A DNA stretch of 64,000 nt from Bacteroidales bacterium (GTDB taxonomy: Bacteria; Bacteroidota; Bacteroidia; Bacteroidales; UBA3824), in the NCBI GenBank assembly GCA_017544805.1, contig JAFYDK010000001.1, positions 18,013 through 82,012 on the forward strand, given 5' to 3'. Shown here in pieces: positions 1 through 9,387 of the stretch. Position 1 is the stretch's first letter. Every line of letters starts with the position of its first letter. The position numbers were made by a program, and so were the translations under genes. A model generated the notes under the pieces. It searched no databases and had not been told where the DNA came from. It saw nothing but the letters and a program-made list of their open reading frames with translations.

Positions 1-2202
1 AATTTCAACGCAAAAGCAGAATATCCGTATCAGGTGCTTGATAGTTTATGCGCCTTGCAACGCAGTGTGCAGGACACGGCTCAAAGGTTAGATGTATTAT
101 ACAAAATTTATCGTATGCATTACAACCTTGACAGCGTTGAAAAATATGCAATTCTAAGTTTCAGACTTGCGGTAAAGTCAAAAAACGAAGATCAAATTGG
201 TAATTCCGCTAATGTTTTGGGTTGGATAAAGTTTCAAAAAAAGAAATTCATTGAGTCGGCTAAATTTTACAAAATTACAATTAATATTTGCAACAAAAAA
301 GGCAATTTAAGGGGCGAGGCTAATGCGCTTTCGTGCTTAGGCAACGTGTATCTGTGTTCCCTTAATTACGAAAAAGGAATGAAACTACTTTTAAAATCAC
401 TCCAAATTTTTTCGGATTTAGGCGATACGGCAATGATTTCGTCAGTTTACCGCGGAATAGGAAGTTCATGTTTGGAATATCAACTCTACCAAAGCGGTGA
501 AAAATATTTTACAAAAGCTTTGGAGATTGATTTGAAAAATGAAAACCCCAAAGCAATAGGCAGGGATTATTTAAAACTCGGACTTTGTGCCTTGTATTCA
601 GCAACTCAGAAAGATACCGCAAAAAAATCCCTCGCAAGAAAATTTTTTCATTTAGCCTACAATTATACCAAAGAAAACAACGATTTCATTTACAACGTTC
701 AATCGGCATTTCATCTTTCGCTGATGTACGCTGAACTTGCAGGCTATTCCAAAAATTGGAATTATGCCGACAGCAGTATAGTTTTCTTCAACGAATGTAA
801 ATTTTTAGCGCATAATATCGGGTACAAAAATTACGAAGAAAATTTTGATTTGCCTCATGCCGAACACCTAATGTTAGCCGGAGCGCACGAAAAAGCATAC
901 GAAATTTTGGTCAATTTTTCAAAACGCAAAAAACTGTCATATTCCCAATATGAAACTCTTTCCAAAGCACTTGAATTGTATTTCCACTTTTCAAAAGACT
1001 ATAAAGGATGGCTTTACTACATAGAAAGTTCTGATCATTGGCATAGAAAACTTTACATCGAAGAATACGGTGTAAAATTTGAGCTTATGAGTTGGGAAAA
1101 CGACCTTGCAATCCGCCTCAAAGAATACGAAAAAAACAAAATAAACAGGAATCTTGAAATACAAAGAGAGCAAATTCACCATGAATTATTGCGCAAAATT
1201 ATGACATATTTAATTTTGCCGATTTTTTTCGTAACTATCACGTTTATAATCTTTTACATACGTAACAACCGCCTAAATGAAGTCCTTAAAAAACAAAAGG
1301 AAAAGATTTTGAGTGCCAATAATATGCTTGCCATTTTCAACGATGAAATTAGGGAACGCAGTATTGAACTCGAAACCCAAACAAAAGAAATCAAACGTCA
1401 AAGAAATAAACTTGCAAGCATAAATTTAAGGATTGTTCTTAACATGGAAATTGCAGGCAGACTTCAGCAATCGGTTGTCATTTCGCCCGATAGTTTAAGG
1501 AAAATTTTTAACGGTGCTTTTGTGGTTTGGCGGCCTTTAGATACTGTCAGCGGAGATTTTTATTGGGCAACCGAAATTGAAGGCGTAAAATTTGCCGCTC
1601 TTGCCGATTGCACCGGTCACGGTATTCCGGGAGCGTGTCTGAGTATGTTAGGAACGGCACTTTTAAACGGAATTGCGGCAAGAATCAACGTTAAAACAGC
1701 AAAAGCCTCCGATATTTTAAACAAGCTGAAAACCAGAATCCGTCAATCGCTTTCGCAAGGAATACCTTTGGACGGCGACGAGGTACACGATGGAATGGAT
1801 ATTTCGCTCTGCATTATTGACGAGGAAAACGACAGACTCTCATATTCAGGAGCTTACCGCCCGCTTTGGACTATTAAAAACAATAGTTTAACGGAATGGA
1901 AAGCTGACAGAATATCGGTTGCCATAGATCAAGACCATGACGGAGATTTTTCGGACAATGAAATGAAATTAAGCGAAATTCAATCTTTATATATGTTTTC
2001 GGACGGCATAACCGATCAGTTCGGAATCATGGATGGAAAACTGTTAAAATTCAAACACAAAAGGCTCAGAAATTTAGTTGAAGAGATTTTCAACGAACCA
2101 AGTATATGTCAAAAACAAAAAATCGAACAAGCCATTGACAATTGGGCAAAAGACACACCACAAACCGATGATATTTTAGTCGTCGGTATAAAATTTGCAT
2201 AA
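1..2202 (+). CDS. TPR-repeat sensor, single TM, coiled coil, PP2C/SpoIIE phosphatase (5'-truncated)
   Basis: Frame is open from base 1 (NFNAKAEYPYQV..). TPR-like repeats, TM helix IMTYLILPIFFVTITFIIFYI, and PP2C motifs VSGDFY, ADCTGHGIPGA, DGMD, FSDG, DDI. Confidence 0.9.
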   Translation, partial: NFNAKAEYPYQVLDSLCALQRSVQDTAQRLDVLYKIYRMHYNLDSVEKYAILSFRLAVKSKNEDQIGNSANVLGWIKFQKKKFIESAKFYKITINICNKKGNLRGEANALSCLGNVYLCSLNYEKGMKLLLKSLQIFSDLGDTAMISSVYRGIGSSCLEYQLYQSGEKYFTKALEIDLKNENPKAIGRDYLKLGLCALYSATQKDTAKKSLARKFFHLAYNYTKENNDFIYNVQSAFHLSLMYAELAGYSKNWNYADSSIVFFNECKFLAHNIGYKNYEENFDLPHAEHLMLAGAHEKAYEILVNFSKRKKLSYSQYETLSKALELYFHFSKDYKGWLYYIESSDHWHRKLYIEEYGVKFELMSWENDLAIRLKEYEKNKINRNLEIQREQIHHELLRKIMTYLILPIFFVTITFIIFYIRNNRLNEVLKKQKEKILSANNMLAIFNDEIRERSIELETQTKEIKRQRNKLASINLRIVLNMEIAGRLQQSVVISPDSLRKIFNGAFVVWRPLDTVSGDFYWATEIEGVKFAALADCTGHGIPGACLSMLGTALLNGIAARINVKTAKASDILNKLKTRIRQSLSQGIPLDGDEVHDGMDISLCIIDEENDRLSYSGAYRPLWTIKNNSLTEWKADRISVAIDQDHDGDFSDNEMKLSEIQSLYMFSDGITDQFGIMDGKLLKFKHKRLRNLVEEIFNEPSICQKQKIEQAIDNWAKDTPQTDDILVVGIKFA

Positions 2203-2233
2203 CTTTTAATTTTAATTAAAACCATAAACTGTT

Positions 2234-2866
2234 ATGATCAGAATAAAAAATTTCGACCAAAATTTCAAGACAAAACTTTACGAAAAAGTATCGTTAATTG
2301 AAAGTAAATCGGGCACGGAAGCCGTCGTAATAATAAAAAATTCCTCAGGAAATTATTTCAGCAGAGTTTTAGCTGCCTCGGGAATATTTTTTATATTACT
2401 CCTATCCTACTTCATGCTCTCTCCCATAGAATATGACCCGTATTCTATGTACATAATTTCGCTACTGAGTTCGGTAGCGGTATTCTGCATTTTATATTTT
2501 ATACCCGGACTGCAATTTTTTTTAATTTCCGAAAAAACGAAGAAAAAAAATACAGAAATCCATGCAAGGGCATTGTTTCAAAAGGCTCAAATGTACAAAA
2601 CCCAAAATCACATTGCGTTTTTGGTGTATTTTTCGCTTTTGGAAAAAAAATCATATTTCTTGACAGATTACGGAATCAACCTCATCATGGACGATGACGA
2701 AATCAAAAACATCTCTGAAAAACTACAAAAAGCTTTAAAAGGAAAAAATCCTAAGGATGATATTCTCAAGGCTTTGGACGAAATAGCAACCGTTATGGAA
2801 AAATACATTCCCCGTCCCGAAGACGACATCAACGAGTTGCCAGACGATTTAGACGTTGAACTTTAA
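2234..2866 (+). CDS. TPM-domain membrane protein with two inserted TM helices
   Basis: IESKSGTEAVVII, KTQNHIAFLVYFSLLEK..TDYGI and C-terminal DDINELPD are typical of TPM (DUF477-like) proteins. Confidence 0.8.
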   Translation: MIRIKNFDQNFKTKLYEKVSLIESKSGTEAVVIIKNSSGNYFSRVLAASGIFFILLLSYFMLSPIEYDPYSMYIISLLSSVAVFCILYFIPGLQFFLISEKTKKKNTEIHARALFQKAQMYKTQNHIAFLVYFSLLEKKSYFLTDYGINLIMDDDEIKNISEKLQKALKGKNPKDDILKALDEIATVMEKYIPRPEDDINELPDDLDVEL

Positions 2867-2888
2867 CCCATAAAAAAAAGAGTTTACT

Positions 2889-4433
2889 ATGAAAAACAAC
2901 GTTTTAAGAAAAATATTAAAATGCTTTGCCGTAATTTTAGCGGTATCGTGCATATTTGTTTTAACAAGTGATTCAGCATTTTCACGACCGGGCGGCGGAC
3001 ACGGTTTTTCCGGTGGTAGAGGCTTTGGCGGAGGAGGCTTTAGAGGCGGTGGTTTTAGAGGCGGTTACAGCGGAGGCATAAGCGGAGGTTATCCAATTTT
3101 CAACACGGGAGATTACGATACGGATTATCTGCTTACTGTTTTAGCATTTATCTTGGTCTCGGTAATAACATATCCGCTTTATAAAACGTTTTCCGAACGC
3201 AACAAAGAATTTTACGACGAAAAATACGGGGCTAAACCAACGGAAGAAATCTTAAAGAAAAACAGAGGTTCTCTCAACAGCCGCCTGAAAAGGTTAATAC
3301 AAAGCGACCCCGAATTTTCCAAACCGATATTTTTGGATTATGCCGTAATGCTTTATAATAAGTATTACATTTCGCAAGGCACGGCTAAAATGAAAGAACA
3401 AATAATTCCGTTCTTCAAAGATTCCTGTCTTCCAAAAGAAATCAAAAAATATTCTGAAATTACAATCGGAGTCGCTGATATTAAAAACATTGAGTTCAAA
3501 AATGACAAATGTAATATTCACGTTGGTTTTATTGCAAGTTATACCTGCAAAAATGCCGTTAACAACAAAGCATTCCGTTATAATGTAACCGAAGAATGGA
3601 TTTTTTCAAGGAAAAACGGTGTTTTAACGCACAAGCCTGAAGGTTTCGGAATTTTAAGATGTCCTAACTGCGGCGGCGCATTGGAGTTCTCTGACTGCGG
3701 AAAATGCAAACACTGCGGCACTAAAATTAATTTTCAAGCCGGACAATGGATTGTCAGCAGAATATCCGTTATGAGTTTTGAAAAAATTACCGCTGAGGAA
3801 CTTTTGACTTACTGCGAAGAAAGCGGCACTAATTATCCGACGGTTTGTAACGATAATATCAACGAACTTGAAAAACAATTTTCCTTAGCTCATTCGGAAT
3901 TGTACAAAAATTTCAAGGAGTTCTCCCAAAAAGTCGTTATACCATATTTTCAAGAAATTTATAAACATTGGTCTGAGGGAGAATGGGACAAAGCACGTCA
4001 TCTGCTCTCGGACAGACTTTGGAACAATTATGAAATTAACCAAAATCAATATAAGGAATTCGGTTATTTCAACAGGTTAAAAAATGTACACATTATAAAA
4101 ATCCATACCGTAAATTATGAAACCGACAAAAATTACGAAGCCGTTACGGTAAGAATTTATGCAAAATGTTTAGACTATATCGAAGACTCTTTAGGCAACC
4201 TCATAGCCGGTGATAACGAAATAGAAAGATCTTTTTCGGAATATTGGACTTTCGTGGCTAACAAAAATGCAAAATTACAAGATAGAGATTTAGCCAAATG
4301 TCCCTCATGCGGTGCCCCAATCGAAAAAATCGGTAATTCAGGCATTTGCGAATATTGCAACTGCAAAATAACCGACGGAAATTTCTCTTGGGTTCTATTT
4401 TCAATCACTCAAGACGAGGTCTATACGGGATAA
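2889..4433 (+). CDS. Membrane protein: Gly-rich N-terminus, two Tim44-like domains each followed by a zinc ribbon
   Basis: Signal/TM segment, RPGGGHGFSGGRGFGGGG, TM, EEWIFSR and EYWTFV Tim44-like motifs, CPNCGG..CKHCG and CPSCGA..CEYC. Confidence 0.75.
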   Translation: MKNNVLRKILKCFAVILAVSCIFVLTSDSAFSRPGGGHGFSGGRGFGGGGFRGGGFRGGYSGGISGGYPIFNTGDYDTDYLLTVLAFILVSVITYPLYKTFSERNKEFYDEKYGAKPTEEILKKNRGSLNSRLKRLIQSDPEFSKPIFLDYAVMLYNKYYISQGTAKMKEQIIPFFKDSCLPKEIKKYSEITIGVADIKNIEFKNDKCNIHVGFIASYTCKNAVNNKAFRYNVTEEWIFSRKNGVLTHKPEGFGILRCPNCGGALEFSDCGKCKHCGTKINFQAGQWIVSRISVMSFEKITAEELLTYCEESGTNYPTVCNDNINELEKQFSLAHSELYKNFKEFSQKVVIPYFQEIYKHWSEGEWDKARHLLSDRLWNNYEINQNQYKEFGYFNRLKNVHIIKIHTVNYETDKNYEAVTVRIYAKCLDYIEDSLGNLIAGDNEIERSFSEYWTFVANKNAKLQDRDLAKCPSCGAPIEKIGNSGICEYCNCKITDGNFSWVLFSITQDEVYTG

Positions 4434-4470
4434 AGGCATAAAATTATTTTTTTATTCCTAAAAAGTTTTC

Positions 4471-4478
4471 TATTTTTG
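4471..4478 (+). promoter_or_regulatory. Bacteroidota -7 promoter element (TAnnTTTG) for gpsA
   Basis: TATTTTTG about 30 nt upstream of the ATG. Confidence 0.55.
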
Positions 4479-4510
4479 CCAAAAGTTTAAAAAAAAACAT
4501 TTTTTTTGAT

Positions 4511-5518
4511 ATGTGCGGACAACATAGAATAGCAGTCGTGGGCGGCGGCAGTTGGGCTACGGCTTTGATTAGCGTTTTGACCAACAATGTCAAAGAAGGC
4601 AATAAAGTAAATTGGTATCTTAGAAAAAAAGAACATATTGACTATGCTATCAAGCACGGTCAAAATCCGAAATATCTCAATTCGTTGATTCTTGATACCA
4701 ACAAACTTGAGTTTTACAACGACCTTACCCAGATAATTAAAAATTCTGACACTTTGGTCTTTGCAGTGCCTTCGGCTTTCATCGAAAGCACCATGAAACA
4801 ATACGAGGGAACATTGGAAAATCATGTCGTAGTCTCGGCTATCAAAGGTATGATTCCCGACAAAAATATAATTATGGCGGACTTTTTCCGTGATAATTAT
4901 AAAGTAAACCTTGAGAAAAATTTCTGCGTTTTGGCCGGTCCTTGTCATGCAGAGGAGGTTGCACTTCAAAGATTAAGCTATCTGACAATTGCCTCCAAAG
5001 ACCTCAACACGGCGGAAGACATAGCTAACTGCTTGGAATGCAGATATTTAAAAACGTCAATCACGGACGATATTTACGGAACGGAATATGCTGCGGTACT
5101 AAAAAACGTTTTCGCAATAGCAGCCGGCGTTTGCACGGGTTTGGGCTACGGCGACAATTTTTTGGCAGTCCTGATGTCAAATGCAATCCGCGAGATGAAA
5201 CGTTTTGTTGATACAGTTCACCCGATTAACCGCGACATCAAATCCTCGGCATATTTAGGCGATTTGCTCGTTACGGCTTATTCAAAATTCAGCCGGAACA
5301 GAACCTTAGGCGTAATGTTAGGACAAGGTTATTCGCTTCAGAGTGCGCTTTTGGAAATGAAAATGGTGGCGGAAGGTTTTTACGGAAGCAAATGTATTTA
5401 CGAGGTCAATCAAAAATACAACATAGATTTGCCGATATGCACCGCAGTTTACAACATTCTCCACAAAGGAAATCCCGTCGGATTTGAGATAAAATTATTA
5501 ATCGACAAAATTCGATAA
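4511..5518 (+). CDS. gpsA: NAD(P)H-dependent glycerol-3-phosphate dehydrogenase
   Basis: GGGSWATA Rossmann motif, GPCHAEEV, LKNVFAIAAG, GDLLVTAYSKFSRNR. Confidence 0.95.
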   Translation: MCGQHRIAVVGGGSWATALISVLTNNVKEGNKVNWYLRKKEHIDYAIKHGQNPKYLNSLILDTNKLEFYNDLTQIIKNSDTLVFAVPSAFIESTMKQYEGTLENHVVVSAIKGMIPDKNIIMADFFRDNYKVNLEKNFCVLAGPCHAEEVALQRLSYLTIASKDLNTAEDIANCLECRYLKTSITDDIYGTEYAAVLKNVFAIAAGVCTGLGYGDNFLAVLMSNAIREMKRFVDTVHPINRDIKSSAYLGDLLVTAYSKFSRNRTLGVMLGQGYSLQSALLEMKMVAEGFYGSKCIYEVNQKYNIDLPICTAVYNILHKGNPVGFEIKLLIDKIR

Positions 5519-5533
5519 GTATTAAAAAACATT

Positions 5534-5570
5534 AAAAAGCGGTTAAAAAGAAAATTTTTAACCGCTTTTT
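5534..5570 (+). terminator. Intrinsic terminator after gpsA
   Basis: AAAAAGCGGTTAAAAA-gaaaa-TTTTTAACCGCTTTTT. Confidence 0.8.
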
Positions 5571-5631
5571 GTCATGTTTATCACAAAGGTTACTTATATT
5601 TGCAGTAGATTTTATTTTCAGTATTAACGAA

Positions 5632-6771
5632 ATGGATATAAACGAAACTGAATTTGAGGAAATACGCCCTTATTACGACAGCGAAGTTGATGGGGCAATA
5701 TCAAGACTTCTGAATGAATCCGGCTTTAGAAAGACCGTGAAGTATTTTTTCCCAGACGTTCCTTTTGAAATGGTAGAAAATATGCTTCGTAATATTCATA
5801 CAATCAAGGACTTTCAGACACAGTTCATTGCAAGACTCGTCAACGGAATAGAAAAAAAATACACCTCAGGCGTTACTTTTTCGGGACTTGAAAATATTCC
5901 CGAAGGTAAGGGCTATTTAATCGTGTCAAACCACCGCGACATAATACTTGATTCGGCATTTTTGAACACGTATTTGGCTCAGCACAACAGAGAAACTTCG
6001 GAAATCGCAATAGGCTCCAACCTCTTGATTTTTCCGTGGATAACCGATATGGTAAAACTCAACCGCACATTCGTAGTAAAACGCAATCTTTCCGTTAAAG
6101 AATTGATGGTAAGTAGTTTGGTACAGTCAAAATACATCCGTCACACGATTATTGACAAAAAAACCTCTATTTGGATTGCTCAAAGGGAAGGCCGCACCAA
6201 AAACGGCGACGATAAAACTCAAGGCAGCGTTTTGAAAATGTTCAATATGGCCGCTCAAGGCGACGTAATTTCTTCGCTTTCGGATATGAACATTGTTCCA
6301 ATGAGTATTTCTTACGAATACGATCCCGTTGATATTTATAAAGTTATCGAACAATACAACAAAAAAGTGGATTCCACTTTCAAGAAAAACAAAGTCGATG
6401 ACGTTTCTGGTATGCGCAACGGCATAACGTGTGAAAAAGGACGTGTTAATATTCATTTAGGCAAACCTATCAACGAAGACCTTTTGAAAATGCCCAAGGC
6501 GGCTAACAAAAATCTTCAATACGACGAAATTGCAAAACTCATTGATAAAAAGATTTACCAGGGCTACGTTCTTTATCCGATAAATTACGTAACTGCCGAT
6601 ATTTTAAGCGGTTCTAACAAGTTTTCTGACAAATACACAGCTCAAGAAAAGGAAAAAGCCGTAAATTATATCGAAACTCAAGCCAAAAACTTTTCGGGCG
6701 ATATACAAATGCAAAAAGAAATGTTGATGCAGATTTACGCAAATCCTGTTTTCAACAAATTAGGACACTAA
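5632..6771 (+). CDS. PlsC/GPAT-family acyltransferase
   Basis: NHRDIILD (HxxxxD), IAIGSNL, WIAQREGRTK. ATG at 5632 lies downstream of promoter element TATATTTG (5596-5603). Confidence 0.88.
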   Translation: MDINETEFEEIRPYYDSEVDGAISRLLNESGFRKTVKYFFPDVPFEMVENMLRNIHTIKDFQTQFIARLVNGIEKKYTSGVTFSGLENIPEGKGYLIVSNHRDIILDSAFLNTYLAQHNRETSEIAIGSNLLIFPWITDMVKLNRTFVVKRNLSVKELMVSSLVQSKYIRHTIIDKKTSIWIAQREGRTKNGDDKTQGSVLKMFNMAAQGDVISSLSDMNIVPMSISYEYDPVDIYKVIEQYNKKVDSTFKKNKVDDVSGMRNGITCEKGRVNIHLGKPINEDLLKMPKAANKNLQYDEIAKLIDKKIYQGYVLYPINYVTADILSGSNKFSDKYTAQEKEKAVNYIETQAKNFSGDIQMQKEMLMQIYANPVFNKLGH

Positions 6772-6794
6772 GAGAAAAAAACTTTAGAAAAAAA

Positions 6795-7583
6795 ATGGAA
6801 GAAATTTTCATCGTAAAAATAGGCGGCAAAGTCATTGACAACGAAGATGCACGCAACGAATTTTTGTCAAAACTTGCAAAAATCGGCAAGAATATAATAC
6901 TCGTTCACGGCGGCGGAAAAGTTGCCAATCAAGTGCTTTCAAGCATGGGAATCGAACCCAAAATGATAAACGGAAGAAGAATTACCGATGCTGAAACTTT
7001 GAAAGTCGTTACGATGGTTTATACGGGTCTTATCAACAAAACTATAACGGCCAAATTGAATTCCCTATCAAGAAAATCCGTAGGATTGTCAGGCGTTGAC
7101 GGAGTTTTGCTTGATGCCGTAAAACGTCCCGTAAAAGATATTGATTATGGTTTTGCCGGCGATATTGAGGCTCAAGGCGTTAATACGGATTTGCTTTTAA
7201 ACTTGGTTAAAAGCGGTTACACGCCCGTTATCGCAACAATTGCCGCAGACAAAAACGCTCAACTGCTTAACATCAACGCCGATACGGTTGCCTCAACGAT
7301 AGCTGCCGGACTCGCTAAAAAAGCAAACGTAAATTTGTTTTTCTGCTTTGAAAAGAAAGGCGTATTGATGAATGCCGAAGACGATAACAGCGTTATCAAA
7401 CTTCTTAATTCGGAAAATTATCCCGAACTTTCAAAAAAAGGTATTTTCTCTGAAGGCATGATTCCGAAACTCGAAAACGCTTTCAAAACTATAAATCAAG
7501 GCGTTAAAAAAGTTATTATCGGAAATTCCAACGATATTGAACAATTTTTCCAAGAAAATCACGCAGGAACTTTAATCTGCTAA
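6795..7583 (+). CDS. argB: Acetylglutamate kinase
   Basis: VKIGG, LVHGGG, GRRITD, LNINADT, GMIPKL. Confidence 0.93.
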   Translation: MEEIFIVKIGGKVIDNEDARNEFLSKLAKIGKNIILVHGGGKVANQVLSSMGIEPKMINGRRITDAETLKVVTMVYTGLINKTITAKLNSLSRKSVGLSGVDGVLLDAVKRPVKDIDYGFAGDIEAQGVNTDLLLNLVKSGYTPVIATIAADKNAQLLNINADTVASTIAAGLAKKANVNLFFCFEKKGVLMNAEDDNSVIKLLNSENYPELSKKGIFSEGMIPKLENAFKTINQGVKKVIIGNSNDIEQFFQENHAGTLIC

Positions 7584-7665
7584 AAATTAAAAAAAAACAC
7601 AACCGCAACTCAAGGCACAGATTTTGAAAGTCATTTTTTTAGAATAAATAAAAATCTGACACAAA

Positions 7666-8268
7666 ATGAAAAAGATTATTTCTTTAATGCTTTGGGTTGC
7701 GGCTGTTTTGTTTTCCGGCTGCAACGGCTCCAATCAAGACGAGAGCCTTAGGCGCATAAAATCTAAAGACGGCAAATACAGCGTTCTACTTCCCGAAAAT
7801 ATGCACGAACTCAAAGGAAACGGTTTGAACGAGGCAGCCGTCATGCAATACGGCGACTTAAAAAGCGGAATTTCGTTTATGGTAATCGAAGACGACGTCC
7901 AAGAATACAAAAAAGTCATAGACACAAATATCGAAGATTTTCAAATGATGTCGTGTTTTGATACCACCAAAACCAAAGATATTTATGGTTTGAAAGGTTA
8001 CGAATTTTTGATAATGCAACTCGCAAAAGGCAAAGTTGAGGATTTGACAATCGAAACAGAAATGGACGAAGATACTGTTATAAACGGTATTGACGCAAGA
8101 ATTATCGAATACAAAGAAAAAATCAAAGGCGACAAATCTTACATAATACTTTGTTTTTATAAGAGCAAGGACAAAATGTTTCAAGTCTATGCGATGACAA
8201 GTCAGAAAAAAATCGCCGACAACAAACAATCAATGCTCGAAATGGTAAAATCATTGGAAATTTATTAA
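7666..8268 (+). CDS. Lipoprotein, possibly PsbP/DcrB-like fold
   Basis: Lipobox LFSG-C. KYSVLLPENM and INGIDARIIEY patterns resemble PsbP-like proteins. Confidence 0.6.
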   Translation: MKKIISLMLWVAAVLFSGCNGSNQDESLRRIKSKDGKYSVLLPENMHELKGNGLNEAAVMQYGDLKSGISFMVIEDDVQEYKKVIDTNIEDFQMMSCFDTTKTKDIYGLKGYEFLIMQLAKGKVEDLTIETEMDEDTVINGIDARIIEYKEKIKGDKSYIILCFYKSKDKMFQVYAMTSQKKIADNKQSMLEMVKSLEIY

Positions 8269-8276
8269 AAAAAAGA

Positions 8277-8318
8277 AAAAAATGCCGGAAAGAGAGGAAG
8301 AAAGGTCCGGCATTTTTG
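8277..8318. terminator. Bidirectional intrinsic terminator
   Basis: AAAAATGCCGGA-loop-TCCGGCATTTTT, with an A-tract and a T-tract on either side. Confidence 0.75.
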
Positions 8319-8380
8319 ATGTTAAAAAAAAATCAAACAAACAATCAAACCGTCAAAAAAAAAATTTATCTCTTTTGACA
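8277..8380 (-). ncRNA. Candidate intergenic sRNA (~100 nt)
   Basis: Minus-strand promoter TAACTTTG (8384-8391) with no downstream minus-strand gene. 5' hairpin GTCAAAA..TTTTGAC, GU-rich GGTTTGATTGTTTGTTTGATT middle, terminator with CU-rich loop. Confidence 0.5.
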
Positions 8381-8527
8381 TTGCAAAGTTACTTTCAATC
8401 TGAGTTTTACGCAATACCCGAAATTAGGTATTTTTTCGTTTGAAAATACCTTTTAGAGAGTATACCCGTTTGGTTTTCTGAGAGTTTTTGCTTAAATTTG
8501 TCCCGAAAAAGAATTAAAAAAACAACA

Positions 8528-9175
8528 ATGAATTTTTCGTATGTAATTTTTGACATGGACGGCGTTCTGATAGATTCGGAACCGTTTTGGCACAGTTCGG
8601 AAAAAGAAATTTTTCTTAGGGAAGGCGTTGAAATTTCGGAAGAAATGTGCGTTATGGCTCAAGGCAAAAAATCGGAACACGTCATAGAGGATTGGAAAAA
8701 AATATTTCCGCTCCTTAAACGCCCTACAAGTGAATACGTTATTGAAATCGAAAACGATGTCAAAAACAAAATAAAAACTTTCGGCAAACCGATGGAAGGC
8801 GTTATTGAGGCTTTGGAATTTTTCAAACAAAACGGCATAAAAACAGCCGTTGCATCATCAAGCAAATATGCTTTGATAAACACCGTAATCGAAAAACTCG
8901 GCATCAAAGATTATTTTTCGGCGATTCATTCCTCAGAAGACGAAAAATTCGGCAAACCCGAACCTTACGTTTTTTTAAGTGCGATGAAAAAACTCGGTGC
9001 AAAATCAAGCAACGATTGTCTGGTGATTGAAGATTCTTCAAACGGAGTTTTAGCCGGGAAACGTGCGGGAATGAAAGTTGTTGCAGTCCCGGAAAAAAGC
9101 CATTTTTCAGATTCAAGTTTTGACATTGCAGATTATAAAATTCATTCATTAAAAGAAATAACAAAATTATGGTAA
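8528..9175 (+). CDS. HAD-superfamily phosphatase (HxpB/YniC-like hexitol or 2-deoxyglucose-6-phosphate phosphatase)
   Basis: [32 protein letters not shown] at 8528. Confidence 0.88.
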   Translation: MNFSYVIFDMDGVLIDSEPFWHSSEKEIFLREGVEISEEMCVMAQGKKSEHVIEDWKKIFPLLKRPTSEYVIEIENDVKNKIKTFGKPMEGVIEALEFFKQNGIKTAVASSSKYALINTVIEKLGIKDYFSAIHSSEDEKFGKPEPYVFLSAMKKLGAKSSNDCLVIEDSSNGVLAGKRAGMKVVAVPEKSHFSDSSFDIADYKIHSLKEITKLW

Positions 9176-9387
9176 TACTCGGAATTTTAGGAACACAAGA
9201 AATTATTTTTATCCTGATAATCGTATTAATACTTTTCGGCGCAAAAAAAATTCCCGAACTCATGAAAGGTTTGGGCCGCGGCGTTAAAGAATTCAAAGAC
9301 GGTATGAACGGCATCGAAGGCAAAAACGAAGTTAAAAACGAAGACCCCCAAAACCCGTCAGAGCCCAAAAATGAAAGCCCAAGCTAA
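9169..9387 (+). CDS. tatA: Twin-arginine translocase TatA/E subunit
   Basis: [24 protein letters not shown]. Confidence 0.95.
   Translation: MVILGILGTQEIIFILIIVLILFGAKKIPELMKGLGRGVKEFKDGMNGIEGKNEVKNEDPQNPSEPKNESPS

Noticed and set aside
4511-4519. gpsA and the acyltransferase at 22906 both begin Met-Cys-Gly
   Set aside because: Only two instances, and neither is an Ntn-hydrolase. Most likely coincidence.
8322-8381. 19-aa Phe-rich minus-strand ORF (MSKEINFFFDGLIVCLIFF) as a leader peptide
   Set aside because: The ATG lies only 2 nt from the -7 element, probably at or before the transcript start. The Phe codons come from poly-T runs and there is no downstream gene to attenuate.
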